NCBI GenBank assembly: GCA_036269455.1
Contig: DATARS010000117.1
Location: 260 to 64,259 of the forward strand
DNA from: Candidatus Dormiibacterota bacterium
GTDB lineage: Bacteria > Chloroflexota > Dormibacteria > Aeolococcales > Aeolococcaceae
Direction: 5' to 3'
Length of the DNA: 64,000 nt
Positions 17,956-26,441 of the stretch are shown one piece after another (within the stretch, counting starts at the first letter, position 1; every line of letters starts with the position of its first letter). The notes beneath the pieces were generated by a model. It had not been told where the DNA came from. It ran no database searches and saw nothing but the letters and a program-made list of their open reading frames with translations. Made by a program: the position numbers and the translations under genes.

Positions 17956-19512
17956 ATGGCGGTGCTCCTCCCCGCGCCGGCGGCGCCGGTCACCCCGCCC
18001 CGGCAGGAGACGGCGACGCGCCGGAGCCGCGGGCGCCGCCCGTGGGTCGCCGCGGCGCTGGTCCTGCTCGTCGCCGCCGCCGCCGTGCTCCGGCTCGTGC
18101 GCCTCGGCGACCAGCCCGGCGGCCTCTTCCAGGACGAGGCCGCGGAGGGGCTCGACGCCTGGCGGATCCTCCACGTCCCCGGGTTCCACCCGCTCTTCCT
18201 CGCCGACGACGGCGGACGCGAGGTCAGCTTCGCCTACCTGGTGGCGGCGGTGTTCCACGTCACCGGCCCGAGCGTCCTGGCGTTGCGCGCCACCGCGGCG
18301 GTGCTCGGCATCGCGGGCGTCGCGGTCACGCCGCTGGCGCTGCGCCGCTTCGGCGCGACCGCGGTGCTCGCGGGCACCGCCTGGGCGGCGGGCTCGGTCT
18401 GGCTCGTGGCGGTCGACCGCGACGGGATGCGCAACGTGCTCGTCCCCCTGGCGGGGACGCTCGCGCTCGCCGCGCTGCTCGCCTGGGGTGACCGTCCCTC
18501 ATCACGATGGCGCGCGGCGCTGGCGGGCGGCGCCTGCGGGCTGGGGCTGTGGACCTACCAGCCGCTCAAGCTGCTCCCCGTGCTGGCGGCGCTGTGGCTG
18601 CTCTGGCTGCGCCGGTCCGACCCCGACCGCTGGCGGGCGATGCGCGCCACCCTCCGCCCCGCCGCGATCGCGCTCGCGGTGCTGGCGGCGCCGATCGTCC
18701 TCGCGGCGGTCGCCGACCCGGTGAGCTACTTCGGGCGCGGGCTGAGCGTCAGCGCCGCCAACCCCGAGCGTCACGGGCTCAGCGCCATGCCGCTGCACGT
18801 GCTCCGCACCCTGGGGATGTTCGGGGTGCTCGGCGACCCCAACCCGCGCCACGACGCCGGCGGGATGCCGCTGCTGCCGCTCGCGGTGGTGCCGCTGGCG
18901 ATCGCCGGGGCGGTGCGCTGCTGGCGGGGACGCACCGACCCGGGGATGCGGCTGGTCCTGCTCGGGGTGCCGGTGATGCTGCTGCCGCCGCTGGTGGCGA
19001 CCGAGGGGGCGGCGCCTCACTTCCTCCGCAGCCTCGGGCTCGCCCCCTTCTGCGCCGGGCTCGTGGGCATCGGCGCCGCGGCCGCCGTCGACGCCGGGCG
19101 GCGCCGCGGGCGCGGCGCCGCAACCCTTCTCGCCGGAGCGGCTGTGGGGGTCCTGCTGCTGCTCCCGGCGGTGGCCGGCGCACGCGCCTACCTCGACCGC
19201 CCGGTGGGCGAGCGCTACTCGGCCTACTCCTTCGACCTGGTGGCGATGGCGCAGCGGGCCGCGGCGCGGCCGGGAAGCGTGATCGTGCTCGACGACTACC
19301 GCGCCCTGGTGGTGCGCTTCCTCGACGCCGGCCTGCCGGTGACCGTGGCCGATCCCGGGACCCGGCTGCGGCCGCCGCCGGGCACGCCGGTGCTCGCGCT
19401 GAGCCGCGCCACCCTGGCGACCAGCCTCGGCGCGGCCGCCGCCGCCCGCGCGGCGGTGGTCGAGCGCGACCCGACGGGAGCGCCGCGGGTCTGGTCGGCG
19501 GCGAGCGGATGA
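17956..19512 (+). CDS. GT-C membrane glycosyltransferase (PMT/ArnT, GT39/GT83-like)
   Basis: Multi-TM protein with an early extracytoplasmic acidic motif (FQDEAAEGLDAW) after TM1, as in dolichyl/undecaprenyl-phosphate sugar transferases; 518 aa. Confidence 0.7.
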   Translation: MAVLLPAPAAPVTPPRQETATRRSRGRRPWVAAALVLLVAAAAVLRLVRLGDQPGGLFQDEAAEGLDAWRILHVPGFHPLFLADDGGREVSFAYLVAAVFHVTGPSVLALRATAAVLGIAGVAVTPLALRRFGATAVLAGTAWAAGSVWLVAVDRDGMRNVLVPLAGTLALAALLAWGDRPSSRWRAALAGGACGLGLWTYQPLKLLPVLAALWLLWLRRSDPDRWRAMRATLRPAAIALAVLAAPIVLAAVADPVSYFGRGLSVSAANPERHGLSAMPLHVLRTLGMFGVLGDPNPRHDAGGMPLLPLAVVPLAIAGAVRCWRGRTDPGMRLVLLGVPVMLLPPLVATEGAAPHFLRSLGLAPFCAGLVGIGAAAAVDAGRRRGRGAATLLAGAAVGVLLLLPAVAGARAYLDRPVGERYSAYSFDLVAMAQRAAARPGSVIVLDDYRALVVRFLDAGLPVTVADPGTRLRPPPGTPVLALSRATLATSLGAAAAARAAVVERDPTGAPRVWSAASG

Positions 19513-20987
19513 CCGCGCTCGCCGCGCCCGTCGCCGAGACCCCGCCGGCGGCGGCCCCGCGGCCCGGGGCGGGGGGGTATCGCCTCGGCGTCGCGCTCAT
19601 CGCCGGCGCCGGGCTCGCCGCCCGCCTCGTCCTGCTCGGCCGGCAGCCGATCTCCCGCGATGAGGCGTTCACCGCGGTGGTGGCGCGGCGCTCCTGGGCG
19701 GGGATGCTCGACGGGGTGCGCCACGACTCGGCGCCGCCGCTGAGCTATCTGCTCGACCACCTCGCCACCACCTTCAGCTCCAGCCCCTCGCTGCTGCGCC
19801 TGCCCTCGGCGCTCGCCGGCGCCGCGGCCATCCCCGTCGCCGCCGCCCTGGGCCGCCGACTCGGCGGCGACCGCGCCGGCCTGGGCGCCGCCGCGGCCTG
19901 CGCCGCGCTCCCCTCGCTGCTCATCCCCGCTCGCGACGCGAGGATGTACGCGCTCGCCGCCACCCTGGTGATGGCGGTGACCCTGGTGCTCTGGCGGGCG
20001 CTCGAGCGCCCCGACCGCGGACGGCTCGCCGTGCTCAGCGGCGTGGTCGCGGCGTCGCTGCTCTCCCACTACCTCGCCGCCGTCGCGCTGGCGGCGGCGG
20101 TGGTGGCGGGGGCGGTGGTGCTGCCCCACCGGCGGGCGCTGCCCCGGGTCCTGCTCGCGGTGGGGCTGGGCTGCCTGCCGCTCGCGCTCTGGCTCCCCCT
20201 CGCCCACGCCCAGGCCGCCAACGCCGGCCAGGGCTTCTGGGCCTCGAACCTCGGGCCCGCCCCCACCCTGGGGATCGTCACCCAGCTCCTCGCCGGGCCC
20301 GGGGTCGACCAGGCGCTGCCCCAGCACACCCTCCTGGTCGTCGCCCAGGGGTTCTCGCTGCTCGGGGCGTCGCTCGCCGGCGCCGCGGTGCTCCTCGGCA
20401 TCGCCCGGCCGGTGGTCTCGGGATGGCGCGGCGGCTGGTACCTCGCCGCCGCCGGGCTCGGCGGCATCGGCCTGCTCTGCCTGATCAGTCTGCGCAGCCC
20501 GATCTGGGACGCGCGCTACGCGAGCGTTCTCTGGCCGCCGCTGGTGCCGCTGCTCGGCCTGGGCCTGGCCCGGCTGCGCGCCCTCGCGGTGCTCCCGGTC
20601 GCGGCGATGGCGACCGCCGGGCTGCTCATGGCCTTCCTCCAGACCCGCCCCGACGTCGACTCGGTGGCGGCGGAGCTCCGCGGCCGGGTCGGTCCCGGTG
20701 ACGTGGTCCTCGCCACCCCCGACACCTACCTCCAGCTGCTCGCCGCGGGCGACGCCGCGACGGTGGCGCGGACCCACGTGCCCGCGCCGTCGGTCGACTG
20801 GTTCTGGGGTGTCGCCGCCTACCCGCCGGGAGCGCTGATGCCGGTTCCGCCCGCCTCGGCCCGGCGCGTCCGGGTCGTGACCGCCGAGGGCGACGCCCTC
20901 CCCGACCTGCCCCAGGATCTCGCCCGGACCTCCCACGGGTGCGCCGGCCTGGTCTGCATCGACGTCTTCGAAAGGGGTCAGAGGTAG
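19509..20987 (+). CDS. second GT-C membrane glycosyltransferase (PMT_2-like)
   Basis: ATGA overlap with the previous gene; conserved ISRDEAF loop after TM1 (the R/D-E motif of GT-C enzymes); 10-12 predicted TM segments. Confidence 0.7.
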   Translation: MTALAAPVAETPPAAAPRPGAGGYRLGVALIAGAGLAARLVLLGRQPISRDEAFTAVVARRSWAGMLDGVRHDSAPPLSYLLDHLATTFSSSPSLLRLPSALAGAAAIPVAAALGRRLGGDRAGLGAAAACAALPSLLIPARDARMYALAATLVMAVTLVLWRALERPDRGRLAVLSGVVAASLLSHYLAAVALAAAVVAGAVVLPHRRALPRVLLAVGLGCLPLALWLPLAHAQAANAGQGFWASNLGPAPTLGIVTQLLAGPGVDQALPQHTLLVVAQGFSLLGASLAGAAVLLGIARPVVSGWRGGWYLAAAGLGGIGLLCLISLRSPIWDARYASVLWPPLVPLLGLGLARLRALAVLPVAAMATAGLLMAFLQTRPDVDSVAAELRGRVGPGDVVLATPDTYLQLLAAGDAATVARTHVPAPSVDWFWGVAAYPPGALMPVPPASARRVRVVTAEGDALPDLPQDLARTSHGCAGLVCIDVFERGQR

Positions 20988-21064
20988 CGTCCTCGCGACG
21001 TGACAGTCTCGCCGCCGTCACCGGACCCCGCCCGACGGCCCGCTCGGGCGGATAATCGCGCCCG

Positions 21065-21847
21065 ATGTCCCAGATGACCGCGCTTCCCCCGGCGCCCCCC
21101 GAGGCTCCGCCTCCTCCCCCCGAGAAGAGTCCGGGCGGCGGTGGTCGCAAGCTCGTCCGCGACCTCCTCGAGGTGCTCGCCCTGGCGATCGCCCTCTACG
21201 TGGTCATCACCGTGTGCGTGCAGACCGTGCGCGTCGACGGGCCGAGCATGATCCCGACGCTCCAGAACAACGACCTGCTCTTCGCCGACAAGCTCACCTA
21301 CACGCTGCACGCCCCCGAGCGCGGCGACATCGTGGTGCTCAAGCAGCCCGGCGATGTCAACCGCGACATCATCAAGCGGATCGTCGGGGTTCCCGGCGAC
21401 ACCATCGAGATCGACGGCGACTACCACGTCGTCAACGGGCAGCCCCGCCCGGCGGTGCTGATCAAGCCGGCGGGGGCGAGCACCTTCCAGGTCCTCCAGG
21501 AGCCCTACCTCCCCGACCAGACCAAGGATCCCTGGACCGACGTCGACTTCTGCTGCGACTCCAACGGCAAGGCGACCAAGACGCCGCAGGCGCTGACCAT
21601 CCCCAAGGACCGGTTCTTCGTGATGGGCGACAACCGCAACGTCTCGCTCGACTCGCGGTACATCGGCCTGATCCCGCGGGCGAACATCATCGCCCGGGCG
21701 CGGCTGCGCATCTGGCCGCTCAGCACCTTCGGGGGGCTGGCGCACGGCCCGGCGCTCGCGACCTCGCTGCTGCTCCCGCTGCCCTGGGGGCTGTACCGCC
21801 AGCGCCGCCGCGTCGCCGCGCTGGTCGCGGCGCGGACGCGGATTTAA
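21065..21847 (+). CDS. lepB: signal peptidase I
   Basis: S26 catalytic motifs GPSMIPTL (Ser box), KRIVGVPGD (Lys box), GDNRNVSLDSRYIG. Confidence 0.9.
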   Translation: MSQMTALPPAPPEAPPPPPEKSPGGGGRKLVRDLLEVLALAIALYVVITVCVQTVRVDGPSMIPTLQNNDLLFADKLTYTLHAPERGDIVVLKQPGDVNRDIIKRIVGVPGDTIEIDGDYHVVNGQPRPAVLIKPAGASTFQVLQEPYLPDQTKDPWTDVDFCCDSNGKATKTPQALTIPKDRFFVMGDNRNVSLDSRYIGLIPRANIIARARLRIWPLSTFGGLAHGPALATSLLLPLPWGLYRQRRRVAALVAARTRI

Positions 21848-21852
21848 GCTCG

Positions 21853-21888
21853 GGGCGCTGACGCGCCCCCTTGCGGGGGACTCCCCCC
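21853..21888 (+). terminator. tandem GC-rich hairpins downstream of lepB (intrinsic-terminator-like)
   Basis: GGGGCGC-TGAC-GCGCCCC (21853-21870) followed by GGGGGA-CT-CCCCCC (21875-21888), 6 nt after the lepB TAA stop; no U-tract, as is common in high-GC genomes. Confidence 0.55.
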
Positions 21889-21907
21889 TGCCTCCCCCGA
21901 GCCGGTG

Positions 21908-22195
21908 CTACCCGCTCAGCGCCGCCGCGGCCGCCGCCGGGTCGGCGTTGCCGGCGATCAGCCGGTCGACCGCGGCGAGCACCACCGCCCTCGGGGCGAG
22001 CCCGCCGCCGGCCGCGTGCGAGGCCTCGCATACCGCCAGCACCCAGCCGCGCTGCGGCTCGGGGAGCTGAGAGAGGAGCCGGTGGTCGTCGGACTGCAAC
22101 CACGGCGCGATCGCCGGCTGTCCCGCACCGGCGCCGGCACCGGCGGGGGAGGGGAGCAGGGCGTCGTCGGACAGGGTGGGCCGCTGCGTGCTCAT
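21908..22195 (-). CDS. hypothetical protein (95 aa)
   Basis: ORF only; upstream of and co-oriented with the receiver-domain gene; no recognisable motif. Confidence 0.35.
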   Translation of the reverse strand: MSTQRPTLSDDALLPSPAGAGAGAGQPAIAPWLQSDDHRLLSQLPEPQRGWVLAVCEASHAAGGGLAPRAVVLAAVDRLIAGNADPAAAAAALSG

Positions 22196-22256
22196 ACCGC
22201 CATGATGGCGCGATCGCGAGCGCGGAACAAGGCCGCGAGCAGGCTCGCGGCCGGGG

Positions 22257-22691
22257 TCAGTCGGTGCCGGAGGACTCGACGCGGTGGCCGCTGGTCGGAT
22301 GCTCCTGGACCCGGCCGGTGATGGTGACCTGGGTGGCGAGCGCGCGGTTCACCGCGGCGACCAGGGCGGGCACCGCGAAGGGCTTGCGCACCACCTCGAT
22401 GTCGAGCATCGCCAGGCTCTCCGCCGACCGCCACAACCCCTCGTCACCGGTGACGATGAGGCAGGGGAGGGTGGGGTGGAGCGAGCGGATCTCCATCACG
22501 GTGTCGAGCCCGGTGGTCCCCGGCATGCGGAAGTCGGAGAGGAAGAGGTCGGGCCGCAGACCGTCACGCACCAGCCGTGTCGCCTCGACGCCGTCGAAGG
22601 CCGCCGTCACCTCGTGGCCGCTGCTCTCGAGCACGAGGCAGATCATGCGGAGAAGGTCGGCGTGGTCCTCCGCGACCAGGATCTTTGCCAT
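22257..22691 (-). CDS. single-domain response regulator (CheY-like receiver)
   Basis: MAKILVAEDHADLLRMI...DLFLSDFRMPGTTGLD...IVTGDE: phospho-acceptor Asp and conserved Thr/Lys positions present; no output domain. Confidence 0.85.
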   Translation of the reverse strand: MAKILVAEDHADLLRMICLVLESSGHEVTAAFDGVEATRLVRDGLRPDLFLSDFRMPGTTGLDTVMEIRSLHPTLPCLIVTGDEGLWRSAESLAMLDIEVVRKPFAVPALVAAVNRALATQVTITGRVQEHPTSGHRVESSGTD

Positions 22692-22742
22692 TCCCCTCCA
22701 CCGAACGCTACCACGGGGTCGACCGAAAGGCCGGACAACCCT

Positions 22743-23564
22743 TCAAACGCCACGGAGGCTTCGCTCTTGCGAAACGCTGTCCCACCACAGGGTCACCAGT
22801 CCGCGGGGCCGGCCGCCGACCAGCCAGCGCCCGTCCTCGTGGACCACCCACGGAGCGAGGAGCTCGACCAGCTCGGGGTCGCGCTCCGGCGGCAGGCAGA
22901 GGCGGCGCCGGAAGCCGGCGACGAGGTGGTCGCGGTGGCGGACGGCGAACCCCCGGGGCCGCTCCCAGCGCTCGACCCGGGGGTCGATGCCGATCTCACG
23001 GAGCACCGCGACGGCGTCCTCCCAGCCGGGACCGTCGGGCCGCTCCAGGTCCCAGAAGTGCCGCCAGAGGGCGCGTTCCTCCGGGGTGTCGCGGGGATGC
23101 GACTCGGTGATCTCCACCACCACGCGCCGCCCGGCCGCGGCGTCGAGGGCGAGGACGAAGGGGGCCAGGTCGCCGCAGTTGTAGAGGACATGCCCGCAGA
23201 CCACGACGTCGGCGGCGCCCGCCTCGGCGGCCACCTCCGGCCAGCGGCCGGGTACCAGGGTGTCACCGCCGCTCGCCTCGAGCATCTCCTCGGAGGCGTC
23301 GACGGCGACGACGTGAGCCCCGGCGAGCGCCAGCGGGCGCGACATCGCCCCGCCCCCGGCGCCGACATCGATGACCCGCCCGTGCCGCGGCAGCGCCTCG
23401 AGCGCCCGACGGTGGGAGACGGTCAGCGGCGCCTCGGAGACGGCGAGGAAGGGCTCGACCGGCAGCCGCCACGGATCCTCGGGCGCCTGGGCGCGGATCT
23501 CCTCGGGGATGCCCCAGCCCTCGAGCTGCTCCCGCCAGCGCCGGGCCGCCGCGGCGTCGCTCAC
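22743..23564 (-). CDS. class I SAM-dependent methyltransferase
   Basis: Motif I VIDVGAGGGAMS and acidic motif II VVAVDASEEML; GTG start at 23564 forms a GTGA overlap with the upstream gene's stop. The longer ORF to 23768 is rejected as a Gly/Arg-rich extension. Confidence 0.75.
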   Translation of the reverse strand: MSDAAAARRWREQLEGWGIPEEIRAQAPEDPWRLPVEPFLAVSEAPLTVSHRRALEALPRHGRVIDVGAGGGAMSRPLALAGAHVVAVDASEEMLEASGGDTLVPGRWPEVAAEAGAADVVVCGHVLYNCGDLAPFVLALDAAAGRRVVVEITESHPRDTPEERALWRHFWDLERPDGPGWEDAVAVLREIGIDPRVERWERPRGFAVRHRDHLVAGFRRRLCLPPERDPELVELLAPWVVHEDGRWLVGGRPRGLVTLWWDSVSQERSLRGV

Positions 23565-24154
23565 CCCGGCCGGCGCCGCCCCCGAGGAGCCGGCCGCCCG
23601 GCGGCGCTCGCCGCCCGCCCGACCGGGGCGGTGCGGTCGTCGGGATCCGGCGGCAGCACCATGCCCACCGCGAGCGCGTCGGCGAGCGCCCGCAGCCGCG
23701 AGTAGAAGCCCGCCGTGTGCGGCGACCGCGCCAGCCGCAGCGCGGTGAAGTCGAAGTGGTGGACCCACTCGTGGAGCAGGGTGTTGAGGAACACCTTGGC
23801 CGCCACCACCTGCCCCCGCACCGCGGTGCGGTGGTAGATGCGGATCCGCGCCCGGGAGACCTCGCCGTCCTCGAACCAGCAGCGGTAGTACCCGTAGGTC
23901 CGCGACCGCAGCCGCTGGCCGTCGTGCTGATGCACCTGCGGCCGGTCGGGGACGACCAGCTCCACCGGCCCGATCCGGGCGCAGGCGCAGAGCTCGTCGA
24001 GCAGCATCTGGCCGATGCGGCGGCGCTCGAGCGCGTCGTCCCCCGCCGAGACCACCCGCAGCGCCAGCCCTCGCGCCACGGTGCTGGGCCGCACGGGCAG
24101 CCCGGTGACCCGCTGGCTCTGCCGGTAGACGGCGTCGGTGTCCTGGCCGAACAT
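23561..24154 (-). CDS. YgjP/DUF45-like (SprT/M48-like) metal-dependent hydrolase
   Basis: LLHEWVHHFDF...HTAGFYSRLRALADAL matches the DUF45 pattern H-E-x-x-H-x(n)-H-x-x-x-F-W/Y-x-L; start taken at the ATG (MFGQDTDAVYRQ) at 24154 so the gene does not run into the tRNA. Confidence 0.55.
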   Translation of the reverse strand: MFGQDTDAVYRQSQRVTGLPVRPSTVARGLALRVVSAGDDALERRRIGQMLLDELCACARIGPVELVVPDRPQVHQHDGQRLRSRTYGYYRCWFEDGEVSRARIRIYHRTAVRGQVVAAKVFLNTLLHEWVHHFDFTALRLARSPHTAGFYSRLRALADALAVGMVLPPDPDDRTAPVGRAASAAGRPAPRGRRRPG

Positions 24155-24280
24155 GCTTTCGCCCCAGTATACGGCGGCTCCGAGCTCCCTCAGCCCTCCG
24201 AGACCACCCTCAGCGGCGGTCGAGGCCGATGACGTCACCCTCGGTGGAGCCGCTCCGCCGCTCGCGTACGATGCGGCTGC

Positions 24281-24366
24281 GCCGAGCTGGCGGAACGGTA
24301 GACGCCGTGGTCTTAAAAACCACTGGGGGCAACCCCGTCCGGGTTCGAATCCCGGGCTCGGCACCA
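24281..24366 (+). tRNA. tRNA-Leu (anticodon UAA), class II with long variable arm, CCA encoded
   Basis: Folded by hand: acceptor GCCGAGC/GCTCGGC, D-arm GCGG-AACGGTAGA-CGCC, anticodon stem GTGGT/ACCAC with loop CTTAAAA (U33, anticodon TAA), variable arm GGGG-caa-CCCC, T-arm CCGGG-TTCGAAT-CCCGG, discriminator A, CCA. Very similar to E. coli tRNA-Leu. Confidence 0.85.
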
Positions 24367-24400
24367 GTTCAGGCGTGGTTGCGCACTAGAGTCCGCGCCC

Positions 24401-24940
24401 ATGACCGTCATCGACGACCACGGGCGCCCCGAACCTCCGGTCGCGGCAGACGAGACCGCGACGCTCCTCGGCTTCCTCGACTATCAGCGCGCGACCCTGG
24501 GGTGGAAGTGCGCTGGGCTGGGCTCGGACGGGCTGCGGGCGAAGGTCGGCGCGTCGTCGGTGACACTCGGCGGGTTGCTCAAGCACATGGCCCTCGTCGA
24601 GGACGGCTGGTTCTCACGGTCGCTGCACGGCAGGGAGTACTCGCCTCCGTGGAACGCGGTGGACTGGAAGTCCGACCCGGACTGGGAATGGCACACCGCC
24701 ACCGACGACTCCCCCGAGCAGCTCCGGGCGCTCTGGCAGGAGTCCGTGGATCGGTCCCGCGCCCTGACCGCGGAGGCGCTCGCCGACGGCGGCCTCGACC
24801 GGCTCGCCGGGCGCACGTGGCCCGACGGGACGGCGCCCAGCCTGCGATGGATCGTGGTCCACATGATCGAGGAGTACGCCCGGCACAACGGCCACGCCGA
24901 CCTCCTGCGGGAGTCGGTGGACGGCGAGACCGGGGAGTAG
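24401..24940 (+). CDS. DinB/DUF664-family protein (mycothiol-dependent-transferase-like four-helix bundle)
   Basis: LLGFLDYQRATLGWKCAGL...LGGLLKHMALVEDGWF...WIVVHMIEEYARHNGHADLLRE matches the DUF664/DinB_2 signature. Confidence 0.8.
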   Translation: MTVIDDHGRPEPPVAADETATLLGFLDYQRATLGWKCAGLGSDGLRAKVGASSVTLGGLLKHMALVEDGWFSRSLHGREYSPPWNAVDWKSDPDWEWHTATDDSPEQLRALWQESVDRSRALTAEALADGGLDRLAGRTWPDGTAPSLRWIVVHMIEEYARHNGHADLLRESVDGETGE

Positions 24941-25101
24941 CCCCCCCGTACGCGAGAGGTTTGACGCGATCTTGTCACGCCCGCCGTCACGGCCGTGACG
25001 GGACCGCCGCCAGGGTGTTCCGGCCCGTCCACTCGGCGAATGCCGGCTCCGAGCACCGACACACTCCTGTCGGTGGCCGCCCGCAGGCGGTTCCTTTGAG
25101 G

Positions 25102-25461
25102 AGACCCCCCATGGCAGACGAGATCAAGGCCCCGCGGGCCGCCCGCGCTGCGCGGCGCACCCGCAAGACCATCGTGCCCGAGGCCGTCGAGGCCGTCGTC
25201 GCCGCCGCCGAGGCCCCCGTTTCCGCCGAGCAGGTCGTCACCATCACCCGGGACGTGGTGTCCGCGTTCACCGCGCTCGAGTCCGCCACCCTCGAGGCCC
25301 GATCGAAGAGTCATCCGCTGACGCTGCGCCGCACCGGACAGGGCAAGTTCGTGGCCACCTGCAGCCGCTGCGAGCTCGACCTCCCGGTTCTCGACACCGC
25401 CCGCGGCTGGACCTACCCGACCCTCTCCGAGTGCCCGAACCCGCAGCAGTCGGCCAGCTGA
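25102..25461 (+). CDS. hypothetical protein (119 aa)
   Basis: GGAG RBS 9 nt upstream of the ATG at 25102; non-repetitive composition; C-terminal CSRCELD...SECPNP. Confidence 0.5.
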   Translation, partial: RPPMADEIKAPRAARAARRTRKTIVPEAVEAVVAAAEAPVSAEQVVTITRDVVSAFTALESATLEARSKSHPLTLRRTGQGKFVATCSRCELDLPVLDTARGWTYPTLSECPNPQQSAS

Positions 25462-25628
25462 TCCCGATCAGCGGACGTCTGACACCTCACCTTCGGACCG
25501 CGGCGACCGTCGGCCGCGGCCGTGGAGTGGGGGAGGTCCCGGCAGCAGCAGTCCGGCACGTCACACCGCGCCATGACGACGCCCCGATCCACCATGCAGC
25601 CGCAGTCGGCGCACTCGAACTTCATCGG
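25413..25628 (-). CDS. Cys-rich mini-protein (72 aa, 10 Cys) candidate, putative metal-binding
   Basis: MKFECADCGCMVDRGVVMARCDVPDCCCRDL...VRC...DCC; GGAGGG RBS 7-12 nt upstream of the ATG; divergent from the MerB-like gene. Caution: it lies antisense to an upstream ORF extension of that gene. Confidence 0.35.
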   Translation of the reverse strand, partial: PMKFECADCGCMVDRGVVMARCDVPDCCCRDLPHSTAAADGRRGPKVRCQTSADRDQLADCCGFGHSERVG

Positions 25629-25742
25629 TCGCTCGCCCTCCGTCCTGCCACCTCCGGCTGGACCCTCGTGTCCGGACGTCAATATTCTCGCTCGGTGAGC
25701 CAGGACCACCTGCGGCCCGACGGGGAGGCGATCGGGCTCGCC

Positions 25743-26441
25743 CCGGAGCGCTGCGGTTCGCGGCGCGGCTCCGAGCTCGCCCCTCCGGAGCGGGAGCTCT
25801 ATCGGTGGATCCTGCGGCGGTTCGCGGCCGCGTCACCGCCCAGCGTGTCAGACGTCGAGCGAGCCGCCGCCGAGCAGGGGATCGCCGCCGGCGCGGCCCT
25901 GCGCCGGATGGAGGAGGTCGACCTCGTCCACCGGCGACCTGACGGGACGATCTGGTGCGCGTACCCGTTCTCGGCGCAGCCGACCGGACACACCGTCGAG
26001 CTGGAGGGTGGCCAGCCGCCGCTGCACGCCATGTGCGCCATCGATGCGCTGGGGATCCCGCTCATGCTCCGCCGTGGTGCGGTGGTGCGATGTGCCGAGC
26101 CCACCACCGGTCGCGAGCTGGTGATCAGGATCGATCCGACAGGGGAGTCACGGTCGGAGCCGGCCGGTCCTGTCGCTCTCATCGCGAGGACGCTCGGCGA
26201 GGGGCCGCTCGCCTCCTCCTGCTGCCCGCTGATCAACCTCTTCGGGTCGCGGCGGCTCGCCGAGGAGTTCCTGGGCGGCCGCCCGGACCTGACCGGCGCG
26301 GTGCTCTCGCTCACCGACGCCGTGATCCTCGCCAGGGCGGTGTTCGAGGGCGTCCTCGACGACCCTCCGCCGGAGTGGCCGGTCAGCCCTCCCGCTTCTC
26401 CTGGACCATCCAGCCGTTCCCGTCGGGATCGGCGAAGCTGA
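25743..26441 (+). CDS. merB: organomercurial lyase MerB-family protein
   Basis: Catalytic-site motifs conserved: AMCAIDALGIP (Cys-x-x-Asp as in MerB AWCALDTLIFP) and SSCCPLINLFGS (as SFCCHVHFFAS). Start uncertain (no ATG; a GTG/CTG start somewhere in 25740-25850). Confidence 0.7.
   Translation, partial: PERCGSRRGSELAPPERELYRWILRRFAAASPPSVSDVERAAAEQGIAAGAALRRMEEVDLVHRRPDGTIWCAYPFSAQPTGHTVELEGGQPPLHAMCAIDALGIPLMLRRGAVVRCAEPTTGRELVIRIDPTGESRSEPAGPVALIARTLGEGPLASSCCPLINLFGSRRLAEEFLGGRPDLTGAVLSLTDAVILARAVFEGVLDDPPPEWPVSPPASPGPSSRSRRDRRS

Noticed and set aside
19296-20936. 546-aa minus-strand ORF and others (18779..19672, 18507..20987 N-terminal part) across the GT-C genes
   Set aside because: Antisense or alternate frame, Arg/Gly-rich, no TM pattern; the chosen frames show coherent multi-TM glycosyltransferase topology.
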